Part shown: positions 22,368 through 33,701 of the stretch, piece by piece
Layout of the letters: every line of letters starts with the position of its first letter
How positions within the stretch are numbered: position 1 is the first letter of the stretch
Source: Coniocarpon cinnabarinum
Lineage: Eukaryota
NCBI GenBank assembly: GCA_051942205.1
Contig: JAVECO010000035.1
Span: forward strand, 62,001 to 126,000
Reading direction: 5' to 3'
DNA: 64,000 nt
Notes under the pieces: generated by a model
Told to the model about the DNA's origin: nothing
Database searches by the model: none
What the model saw: only the letters and a program-made list of their open reading frames with translations
Position numbers and translations under genes: made by a program

Positions 22368-24466
22368 TCATGCGGCGGCGTTTCTTTGCTTGGCGTCTTC
22401 CACGGCGCGGTTCCAGTCTGCTTGGCGAATGAATAGGCCTTCGACAACAGCCAATCTATACATTAATCAGCCAACCAATCATTTCAGATATAAAAAAAAA
22501 GAAGTGTGTGAGAATACTCACAACGCCAAAGCAACGACCGGACCGAACCAAAGCCCATGCAAGTCCCAGCCGAGCCCAAAACAAGTCCCAAAAGAAATAG
22601 GCAACGCAACCTGCAACCGTTAGATCTCCACTCCAATCAATTGGCGACAAAAGAACAAAGAAAACTCACGCCATAGTAACACAGCAGCCCCGCATACCCG
22701 CCGACCTCCTGTCGGCCGATGCCCCTCAAAATCCCATTGGCACTCGCGGCGAGCGCGTCAAACCACTGGAATGCGGCGCAAACGGGTAAAACGTTGGCCA
22801 CGACCGCGACGACGTCCTCGTCGCTGGTAAACAGGCGGGGGACGTACCACCGCAGGGAGCTCAAGAGCGCCATGTTAAAGATGCCGACGACGGCGCACAT
22901 GAAGACAGAGACTTTGGACGATACTTTCGCGGCGGGCGCAAGGGTCGCGCCAATCAGATTGGCAATCCGCGTGGAGGCGGCAATGCTAATGGGGAAGGGG
23001 ATCTGCCATGTCAGGCACGTGATGGTGCTCACAACGCTCTGGGCGGCCAACTTCGTCTCGCCCAGCCGGCTAGCTGCTAATGTTAGAATTTCAAACGCGA
23101 GGTATTCAGCCAGAACCATGATGAGGCCGGGAACAGCGAGACGGATCATGGGGCCCCAGTCTTTGAGGGCGGCGCGGGAGAAACCGCCCCAGCACTCGCG
23201 GCCGCCCACGAAGCGGACGTACGTGAACAGCGAGATGGGAAGGAGGTAGTGGATGATGGCGACGGAAACAGGGGCGCCGATGTAGCCCCACTCGAAACGC
23301 CAGACGAAGAGCCAGTGGAGGAGGACGTTGGTGGGCGCGACGAAGAGGAGGACGTAGAGATTGGCGGTGAAGAGGCCTTGAGCCTGGACGAAGCGCTTGC
23401 CGGATTCGAAGCAGCAGTAGCCTGGGGTGCCGATGGCGACGATGCGGAGGTAGAGTCCTGCGAGTTCGGCCGTGCGCTGGTCGGGGACGATGAAGGAGAG
23501 GAGCCAGGCGCCGCTGCACCAGATGGCGACGATGGGGATGGTGCAGCAGACGAGGAAGAAGAACATGCGTTGGCAGTTGAGACCCACGAGTTGTTTCTTG
23601 CCTGAGCCGTAGGCCTGGGCGCAGAGCGTGTCGAGGGAGGTGGCTAGGCCTTGGTACACGGCGAAGCCTGTGATGTTGGCGGTCATTGTGCCCAAGCTGA
23701 CTGCGCCGAGTTCGACTTTGCCAATGTGACCGACCGTGAAGACCGACGTAACCGTGAGGGAGTATTGCAGGACGAAGGTGACGATGAGCGACTGCGAATA
23801 GCTGGTCAAGACCTTGGCTTCTCGCTTCCAGGTCGTTTGAATCAAGCCCGCTGTCACTGCTTCTTCCCACTTTTTGTCAATGTTCTCCGGATAGTCCTCC
23901 CCGCCATACGGTAGCTGATCGGCAGGCACGCCGTTTCCAAGCAAGGATGTGGTCTCGTTTGGCGCCTCTTCATCATGCACCGCTTGCGAGCGTTCTGTAA
24001 TGTAGCTGGCTTTGCGTCGCAGGGAGGACACGAAGCCCTCATGATGTGACAGACCGCTCGTTCCTCTCGGTCGTGGATGCTTCGGAGGGATGAGGTCGTT
24101 GTCTCGCAACAAGCTCCGGTGCTCGTTACGAGCCGTCTCTATCTGACTCTGCGTGAGGCGATCCAGGTGTGACTCGTCCTCCGCCGGTTCAGCTCCGGTC
24201 ATCGCGATGTTATTCGAGGGGACGAGGCCCATAACGAGGGGAGAGGGAGCACCACGGTAGCTGCCGACGATGGCTTCGTTGACGAGGCCATGGTTGTTGA
24301 TGTGCGGTAAGGACGAGATGGAGTCTTCGTCGGCGCCGTCGCTGGCAATTGCGTGGCTGTTCGTCGAGATGCCGTCGTCATCGGCGTCGGAGACGTGCAG
24401 GTGGTCGTCGTCGTAGGTATTGTGATAGTGGTCGGGCTGCTTCGGAGACCTAGGACGCGGGGTCAT
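22368..24466 (-). CDS. MATE-family efflux transporter (Erc1-like), 3 exons
   Basis: TTWKREAKVL, VGHIGKVELGAVSLG, SLDTLCAQAYGSG, FESGKRFVQAQG, CWGGFSR..W, AASTRIANLIGA and GILRGIGRQ; two 3' introns; ends DWNRAVEDAKQRNAAA*. Confidence 0.92.
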
Positions 24467-25529
24467 AGCACTGTTCGTAGAGAGGGCGAGAGGTGCGAAG
24501 AAAAGTCGAGAGCACGTCGAGGGGAGCAAGAGAGGAGGATGCAGGCAAGAGGTCAGGGTCCTGTGGATGGGTGAAGAGAAGTGCAAGGGGCAAAGACGTA
24601 ATGGAGACGGGGAAGAAATACGATGAGGGCGATGGAGAGGCGGAGGAGCAGAGAGAGGGCCGGCTCGCAGCTAGCTGGGGAAAGCGAGCAAACGAGCAGT
24701 GGAGTGGGAAAAAAGCATCGAGCAGCATGATATCGACGACACAAACCGGGCAACGCTGGTACGCAGTGGGATCGGCTACCGCGTCTGGCCCCGGCACGTG
24801 ATTGGCGCGGATGGAGGTTGCGAAAGTCCATCTCACATGAATCGGTGTCGCCAACCCTGCCCGCCCTGCCCAATCCATGCAAGCGCCGGTGGATCCAGAT
24901 CTGGATTTCTCCCGATTCTGACTGGCCAGTGCGTCCGCCGGTGCCACGCTACGCCCTTTGGAGCGACGCCAGTATTTACAATCCACTCCGTCATGCTCGA
25001 TGTTGCCTGCACGCTCCCATCTCTGTCTCACCGCCGGGCCTTTCTTGCCGAAATCATTGGGTACTGATAAGTAGGACAGTGTTGGGACACAGCCGCGCAA
25101 AAGGGGAGCTGGATGACAGACCACTAGAAGCCCAGTCTACTTGATATTCCATGCAGGTAGAGATCGTAGACTGTCTGGACACCGGAACGTCTCCGGGCTG
25201 CACGCCTGCATCTGAGATCTCGCTCTCTGACCCGACGGCCCGGCACTCCAGTAGCTCTGCCGACAACCTTCTTTCTCCGTTTCATCTCCCAGCTTCGACT
25301 TCGACTCGCCCCTGGCCCTGAAGCAGCAACTGAGATACACCGGCGTGCGATGACAGCCACATTGCACTTTTCAGGCATCTTTCAATCGAGAGACTAGTGC
25401 CTGTCTCATTTCCACGTGCGAGTTTGCCACGTCCACTCACATTCACGACGTCTATGCATGCATCTACAAGTCATGAGCTCATCACCCTCCTCCTCCCACC
25501 ACCACTCCTCTCACCCGCCTGGTGCCCTA

Positions 25530-28500
25530 TCAGACAGCGGTCCCTTCGTCTCTCTCTGCATCTGGCGTCGCACGGGCCTCCTGCTCCAACGCACACTCGC
25601 ACCCAAACTTGCTGCGAAACTCGAAAGGCGCCATGCCGTGTAACTCCTCGTATGCATTGTTTGCAGCATGTATCTTCGCCACCTTGCTCGTCTTGGCCGA
25701 CGCCTTGCCAATCACCTGGCTGTGAATAATCACCCCGGCCAGCACCGCCGAGCTGTACTCGTCGTCTGACACCACCTCCTTCGCCTTCAGGCTGAATGCG
25801 TCGCATCGATAGGTCCGCGAGAGCATGTCGCGCAGCCGGTTCTAGATCTGTCAGTATGCATGTCATATCGGCGTCCGTCTTGCGGGGTCTTACGATTGGA
25901 TGACTGTGCGCGAACTCGTCATAGATTCTCATGTCTTCGAAGAACCACTTAATGTGTCGATCGAAGAAGTCCTGCACCACTTTGAAGTCGAAGTCCGAGT
26001 CCACAAACATCGCGCCCACGTACGCTTCGACTACATCGGCCAGAGCCTGAGACACGTTAGTCGTCCATGTCCATTTCGGTTGCATTCCGAAACTCACCTT
26101 CGGCGGGTCGCTCAGACTCTGCCAAAAGCCTCGAGACTGGCCGGCCTGGCCTTGTGCGTCGCGTTGAGCCTCGCGCTCCGCTTCATCATACTCGTGATGG
26201 AAAGTGGTGAATTGACCACTTAGCGCATTGCTATGATGATCAAGGTATTTGCCGAGCCCTAGCATCGCACATAGGGCAGCCAAAAACTTGTTCGACACCA
26301 TGGCCATCTTGTGCTCGGTCATCCACTGCGGGTCCTTGGTTGGATACGTGTCGAAAAGAAACTTCACCGCAGTCATATCTAAGAGCGAGTCGCCCAGAAA
26401 TTCCAATCGTTGATAGTTGGGCGCTTTCGCCCACTGCCGCGGATAAGAAGGGTGGGTGAAGGCAGACGTCAAGAGTTTGACGTGCTTGAATTTGTAGGGA
26501 TGGATCTTCTCAACTCTCTCTGCCTTGTTGAGCTCCACAGCGGTGCACGCTTCCGAGTACGACGTAGGAATCTGGTACGCTTTCCGATAATCATCCCAAG
26601 TCTGCATGTCGTGGGTCATACTGTCAGTGCTAGACACGAACGCGGTCACCGCCTTGACGGCATTGTCAAATTTATCAGTGTCTTCTCGTCCCGTCGTCAC
26701 ATGAGAAACAAGCGCAGCACCAATCATTGCCTCGCAAACATCAGCAATGGTCTTCTCGCTGAGATTCTGGTTTTTTCCGGTCTCAGTGTCGCTTCTTGTA
26801 GCGCCTTTGCCCTTGAGAAGTGTGAGGCCTTCAGGATACCACGTGCGTCTAGGTAAAGCTAGTCAGTATTGTATGCAGAGCGAAACTTGAGGAACTTACC
26901 GTGAAAAGCCTTTGCTGCGGATGTACTTGACAAAGTCATTGCTCTGTGCATTGTTGAACATGTTCACATTGCACAGCAATCCGAGTCGATCTGCATGCAA
27001 CCAGAACTCGTCCTTTCCAACATTTCGAAGCCATGTGGCAATGGTAGTGGCCATTTTGAGGAAAGTATCGCCAATAAATTCGAGTCGCTCGTAGTTTGGA
27101 CCCATGCCGTGCTGAACATTGATTTGCTCTGCTTGTGCATCATCAGAATTGTCGGAATCTTTGGTGATCGCCTCAAGAGCTCTAGCAGGATCGACCTCGA
27201 GGCCAAGTACCTCGCAAAAATCTTGCGCGATCAATGCGTTCTCCATTCTGTAGATGATCGAGGGGAACAGTAAGCACATCGCAGCCACATCTGCAGGCAA
27301 TCGTGATATGTTTAATGGCTCCGGACAAACAAAGCAACTTGTCGAAGCATTCTGCTCCTGCTGTGTGGGCTCGATGAGAGCGTTGAGCCGGTGAATCAGC
27401 TTCTCGGCTGCAATGACAGGCTGGTCAGCTTGCCAGGTTCGGCGAAGCTTCGATTGTTTGAATAGACTCGAACTGTATTCAATGATGGTGGAAGCACCTT
27501 TCGGACCCGGAGCGACGTTTGGTGGAACCGGACTGGATGGGCTCAAGTGATTTGCGAATTCCTTGGAGAACAGCCGTCGGCCACCATCAAAGGGATCAAT
27601 AATGAAGCGGTTGAGTATGTCCTCTCGCGGCATCCCGCGCTCCCAAAGGAAGGGTTCCTGCTGATACAAGTCTTGCAGGAGCGCCCAATCAAGTGCATCG
27701 GTGTCGATGGCGCCATCAGAGCCAACGAGAGGAGCTATCCAGTACGACATCTTTTCCGGGGCGTTTTCAAACTTCTTGTTGTACACATCTTCAAAGAACG
27801 TCAACGTGAACCAAGTGAGCTGCGACAGCTTTTGATGATCCACAATGACAGCGTCAGATCCCGAGATTGGCTCCATCATACAACGCCCTCCATCCAACTT
27901 TACCAGGGGAAATGAGGGAAGCGTTGGCAGCTTTACACGCGTCAACAGAGCCAGGGGTCTCACCGGACGCTCCCATGGACCCTTGAGGTGCAGAAGCGTT
28001 AGGAAGAGTCGTTCCGGTCGTGTGCCTCGGTTGACAGCCCAGTGACTTGGCTTCGTCAGAGATTGGTATTGATGCTGCTTGTTAGATTTCAGAGCCACGT
28101 GTGCATCCCGCATATGGTGCAGAGCGTCCTTGATTGTCGGCAAAAGGTTCTTATTGAGCATTTCGCTCTTTACAAGCAATTTGCATGCCTCAAACGCAGC
28201 CGACATGCGTGCCTCAATCTTCTTTGCTTGTGGTCGTCCAGTGACAGGCGAGATCTGGGCACGCTCAGGGAGCACCACCTCAGACACAAATTTTCCATCT
28301 CGAACGAAGGTGTTGTACCTCAAAGACATGTCATCCATCTCATCGAAAGGAAGACAGCTGACATATTGGTGGAGGATGCTTAAGCTTGATCGCCAAGTAA
28401 GAGTGCCACCGTCTTTGATCTTCAACACCTTATGCTTCCGATCCAGAGCAGACATGGTATCATGGAGATGTTCTTCATCTTCATCTACGATGATAACACG

Positions 28501-30372
28501 GTTTGGGGGCAGACTGTTGCACAAGGTCTTCATGATATCCTCGCTCTCATGAAGTTCTTCAAGGCGGTCAGATTCTTCACGGTTGCCTCTCTCAATCAAG
28601 TGAACGAATCTCGAATGCTTCTGCCGAGCTCTTCCACGGGACTGTACGTATTGAATCATGGTCTGGCACATGTCGAAACGAATGACCACATTGCACGCCG
28701 GAATGTCGAGTCCTTCTTCTGCTACGGACGTCGCGAAAATACAGTTCAGATCCTCATCTCGCTTTCGAAATTTGGTCAGAATCGACTGCTGCTGGAAAAA
28801 TGTGTTGCGTTGTCCCTCAAAGTCACGATTCGAGGATCCGGTCAAGAATCCGGTGTAGAGGTTAGGAAGTTGAAGCCTCTGGAAAAGCATGTGCAGTAGA
28901 CGTGCCGTCTCCCGGCGCTGCACAAAGACCAGACATTTAGTGTCACCAGGATTTTCAAAATGGCGGACTAATATATCTTTCAGGGCTCGAACTTTTGGGC
29001 TGACGCCTACCGTTGTGATTGGAGCGTTTTGAGGAGATCGACTCAAAATGTCGGCATGAGCAGCATGCAGTTGACGGATCTCCTCGTCTAGTAGGGTCAC
29101 CTGCTCCTGGTCCGCACGCTCGCGTCGCGAAAGCCCTCGTTCTGCTCGGACGGCACATTTCTTGGCTTCGCGGTCAGAAAAAGCAAAGGACCAATATGCA
29201 TCACCAGCCCATAAACCGAGCGTACGACTAAATTCCCTGGCAGTTGCTAGCAGATTGCTGAAATGTTTCAATTGCCTGTACCTGTCATTTAGGTGACGAA
29301 AGAGTGCCGAATCAGGACCAGTTGGGGACTTGGCGAATTCCTTAATCTCTTCGATTGGTTTCGTGCTTCGATCAAGCATGTCGTCCACAGGGCATGTGGC
29401 GATTTGGCATTGCAGGAGCTTCTCAAGTTCTCTGTCCATTGTCAATGCACCTCTTCTCCGCATGCGACGAAGCTACTTACCTCGCACTCTGATTGATGTC
29501 CTCTTTGTCTTGCACATCTACAGGCGATGCTGTCATGCCAAAGATCCGCGGTCGATGCTCGTGGTTAGGATTGTCTTTGTAGTATTCTAGCATGATGCGT
29601 GCGAAAGGATGACTCTTCTTTGCATGATGCGCCTCGTCGAAGATGAGCAGATTGATGTTTCTCATGTTGATGAATGAGCGCATGAGACACTGATGCAATA
29701 TCTCGGCTGTGCAAACAATGATGTCGTTGCTTTGGAGGAGCTGAAACCACTTGTGCTCGTTGCCCTGTCGTTGTTGATTTTCTTGTCCACACACTGCAGC
29801 AACGTCGTAATGCAAGTTGGCTTGGAGGCAATCATATTGTTGCCACATCAAGGCTACTTTCTCGACCTAAGACTGTAAGTCACATTTGCATCACCTGAGC
29901 CCTTCAAAAAACCTACCACAAAGAACGCGACCTTACGGGATGAGCCAGAAGCTCTGGCTTCAAGCTCTTCACTCATGACATGGTTGAGCAAAAGCATAGA
30001 AACCAGAGTCTTTCCAGATCCTGTGTCTGCCACCACGAGGGTGTTCTGAGCCTTGGCGCGCTCGAAAAGCTCGGTTTGAAATGCATGAGGCGAGCCAATA
30101 ATGTGACGGCCCTCTCGTTTCCGAAGAAGGTCTTTGATGGTTTCAACCTCTTGATGATCAATCTGGTGACGAGAGGTTTTGAGAGCGGTAAAGTCCGTTG
30201 TCGCGGCTTCTCTGCGAGACCAGTCGTCGAAGATCTGGTTCTGCCGGCGCTTGCGCAAGTGCTCATTGGTCACATCGTTGCATGTGGCCTCGCTCTCTTC
30301 ATCTCCGAGTTCAGCTTCGTGCTGGATGGTTGTATCGGCGTCAGAATCGACATCACCAGTATCGAGAGTCAT
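25530..30372 (-). CDS. dcl1: Dicer-like protein 1 (helicase, Dicer dsRBF, PAZ-like, two RNase III domains, Zn-binding dsRBD), about 6 exons
   Basis: DTGSGKT, FDEAHHAKK, FGMTASP, ATSVAEEGLDIP, YVQSRGRAR, NYERLEFIGD / KTIADVCEA and NYQRLEFLGD / ALADVVEA; C-terminal C..H..CEC. Confidence 0.95.
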
Positions 30373-31696
30373 GGCAAGCTGTCTTGAAGGCTTCTCAAAT
30401 GGTAAGTCGCTACTTGCATGGAATGAATGTTATTGATGAGTTTCTGAAGTTTGAAGGAGCACTGTAAAGATATTGGCAGTAGTGGATCTAAGCGAGAGGT
30501 GAAGCAATCAAGAGGTGACGCATCACGTGGCGACTACCTAGGTAGTTGTGCAGACAGAGGCAAACAGCTGCAGCACGACTTAGGAGGGAGTGACATGCGT
30601 GCATTCATTAACGCAGACTTAATACCCACGCGTCGCAGCCTCAAGAAACATAGCGCGGCTCATATTTCATCCTGAATTCGTCTAGAACAGACGATGCTCA
30701 GGTTCCTAAGTGCCTCCCTCGCGCCGACGAGACAAGATGCGTCTTCATGCTGTCGTTTTATGCACCCTGTAACAGATAAAAGGGCGGTAGGAAGTTGGAA
30801 GATTGAGCGGATAAAAAGGTCAGGCGTTTTAGCGCGTCGCAGCGAAGTGCCAAAGCCGCCCCTTTCCCAAAAACCACCACGACGTGCAGCCTTTTTCCTT
30901 TTTATTCCACAGACACGACGTCGCAGCTGTCGATGGTGAAATAACCTGTATGCCGCTCACAGTCTCCATTTCCTGACCGCATGGTTCTAAAGGTCTTGGA
31001 GCGAAGTATTTGCCAGACTAGAACTCAGCATTTCACAAGGCGCAAGAGGCTTTCGCCGTTGTACCCATAGCCTTGTGATCCGCATGATCCCATCCTATGG
31101 GCTCGCCGGCTAGACTTAGATCCGCAAAGATTTTTGTCTATGACCTTTGTCCATACCATTGTATTGTGAGATGCCAATACCGGATCCCCAGATGTTGTGA
31201 TGTTAGGCTTGGTCGAAGGAGCAGTGCGAGGTATTTAGTCGCAGTCACTCGTTGGGTAGTCATTATCGAGTTGTTGTGCGAAGCTGTGGCGTATTCAATA
31301 GTCAGACAATGCGGGTCCACTCTCTTTACCAGAGGAACGGGTTCTGTAAGTATAGGCCTGAATTCGTGCTCTAAATTTCTGCGTCGCTCTTCGGCTGTCG
31401 TATTGAGCGGGCTGTAGAAGCATTCACCGGCAGTGCTCAAATGTGCACACGATTAGTGCAACAGATCAAAGATTATCACGTGACTAGCATAGCTCACCTC
31501 ATATAGTAGGCACCGCTTCCCGGAAACGGTCGTTCATATATAATGTGGCACGGGTGCGTGCCATGCACAGCAGCTTCGACAATGTGTGCCTTGAGAAGCT
31601 GAAGGTGCACGTACGCTTGCTCAAGAGCACGTACAAGGACATTCACTCGTCCATGCAAGTCCTATCCTGTCAAAATGAGGTTTGGGAAGCTCCGTG

Positions 31697-32885
31697 ATGC
31701 CTCGCACACTGCCATGGCTTCGGAATGACACCAATGACACGGCATCTTCCACGTCGCAACGGAATAACAGTGAGCGCCATGAGCAAAAGCGTCGAGAGCA
31801 GAAGGATGATATCAATTTCTCGAGGCCGGACAAACGCCAAAGAGGCCTGCGAAGTCCTTCAACCTCTCCGCCGCCAGCACCACCAGACGTAGAATTTATG
31901 CAGGATGGAGATGAGCAGTGGCTGATGGTCGAGGACGAGTAAGCGCATGCTCGATTTACTAGGCTCCAACGTTCGACTCACAGATTGTAGATTTTTGGCG
32001 ACCGCGCAAACTTTTACACAGCACATGCATCATGCAGAATACCAACGGATGAAACAGCTAAACAAAAGAAAGAATCAAGACATGACTGAATCGATCAAGC
32101 GCCCAACATGCGGTGACATTTCCACAGACAGAGCTTCCACCAGAGCCATCAGCATGTGCACGAAGAAAGCCAAGATCGATAAGGCTGTTCAAGCAGAGTT
32201 GGGTCGATCACAAGTGCCAGAAGATCTACAACATGAAGACGCCAGCGAGGCTAGCGAAGGTCGTGAGGAATTGCTCATTGATGACAGAAACCTGGCGGGC
32301 CTTATGTATGGTACTGAGAATCGTGGAGTTCGATATGATGTTAGATTTGCGCAAGAGTCGTCGCCAAGATCAAAGACGCGCGCTGCAGCAGGTTTGACCA
32401 GCAATGCCCGTCTGGCTACATCTGACGAAACTAAGACAGGGGCATTGCGACCGCAAGACGTGGAGAGCCACTCCACTCCGGACACCACGGGTGTAATGAT
32501 GGACAGAACGAAAGCTACCAAAATTGAAACGAGCAAGCGTCCAAGTTCGCCAGCACATTCTTCGAGGCATGAAACCACGAACGGAGCAGCTACTGAGAGT
32601 CGGATGCAAGCTCCATTTGACAATGACTTAGTCGAGCGTTTGGGTTATGCTCATAAGGGATCCGCGAATATTTTCACAAACAATCCATCAGCGGCGAAAT
32701 CCAACATCTTCCAGGCACCTTCGGGTCAGGATGAGATCGTCCCCACAAATACTAGGACTGGTGTATGGTTGAAAGATCGAATGAGAGCTCGACGGCAACA
32801 GCGACAAGACCGTGAACAATCTCAAGGAGTGCACGAAGAAAGCCACAAGACGCAAGATGATGAGATACCCATGTGGCTTGTATAG
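31697..32885 (+). CDS. Conserved fungal hypothetical protein (intron 31939-31990)
   Basis: MPRTLPWL start; spliced motif WLMVEDEFLATAQTFTQHMHHAEYQRMK; C-terminal DEIPMWLV. This pattern is familiar from uncharacterised Pezizomycotina proteins. Confidence 0.75.
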
Positions 32886-33604
32886 AGTGTTCTCTAGCAG
32901 AGGCTTCGTTCAATCTTGAGAAGCCTGTGGATCTGGTTGCCATTTGCAATGCTTCGTTGTTCCATTGGAATAGCAACAGCTTCAACATTGATCCATCACA
33001 ATCAGGAGCTTTCGGGCAATTACGGAGAAAACAATGTGGCTGCCTACAGTAGTCGTGTCAGGGCCACCAGGCAGGATGCGGCAGCGCATTCAGCACATTT
33101 ACACCAAATGGCATCGGTATCGCATCAGACTCGTGATATCAGACCTCGGGATCTGCTGCGTGAGGCACCGAATCAAGCAGATCAAAATCGAGACGACAAT
33201 GAAGCACAAGTTCAGCGAGGTAAGGTAGCAGGTAGTTCGTGAAAGCTTCGGACAGGATCGGAAATGCGGAACGCGAGGCGGGCGCTAGCCTGATTGCAGT
33301 GCTGAGACAGGAACTGTCGTAATTCCTTGGCTCACGCCTCCTGCTCGATCTTCCACTTCTCGTTTTCCACATCCTCCTTCTACACATCCCACACGCGCTC
33401 CTTACTTGTATCGGGGGTGCTTTACCATCGACCTTCCTTGCTCAATCTCTAACGCCACCCTCGAGTAGAGTTGCTACTTGCGGGCCAAGATCTCGACTCA
33501 TTGTCCTAATTTTTTCCACCCAATATTATTCTTGCTCCAGCGCGTTCGCCGGCGACGACTGTCGCAGCGCGAATCTGCATCGTCTCACCCCAACCCGTCG
33601 ACTT

Positions 33605-33688
33605 GTATGCCAATGAAGATTCAGCTCAAGAGCATCGTCATCCATACTGACCAGTTCTCTAGTTGCCCTTCCAATGATAAGGGTCTAA
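33605..33688 (+). promoter_or_regulatory. 5'UTR intron (33605-33662) and 4-codon uORF (33674-33688) of the PPR gene
   Basis: GTATGC donor, ACTGAC branch point and CTAG acceptor, then ATG ATA AGG GTC TAA ending 13 nt before the main ATG. Confidence 0.55.
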
Positions 33689-33701
33689 CTCGACCACCTA
33701 A

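Noticed and set aside
24450..25124. 224-aa minus-strand ORF upstream of the MATE gene, and similar long ORFs in GC-rich spacers
   Set aside because: Non-AUG starts, low-complexity composition and no motifs; likely UTR or promoter sequence.
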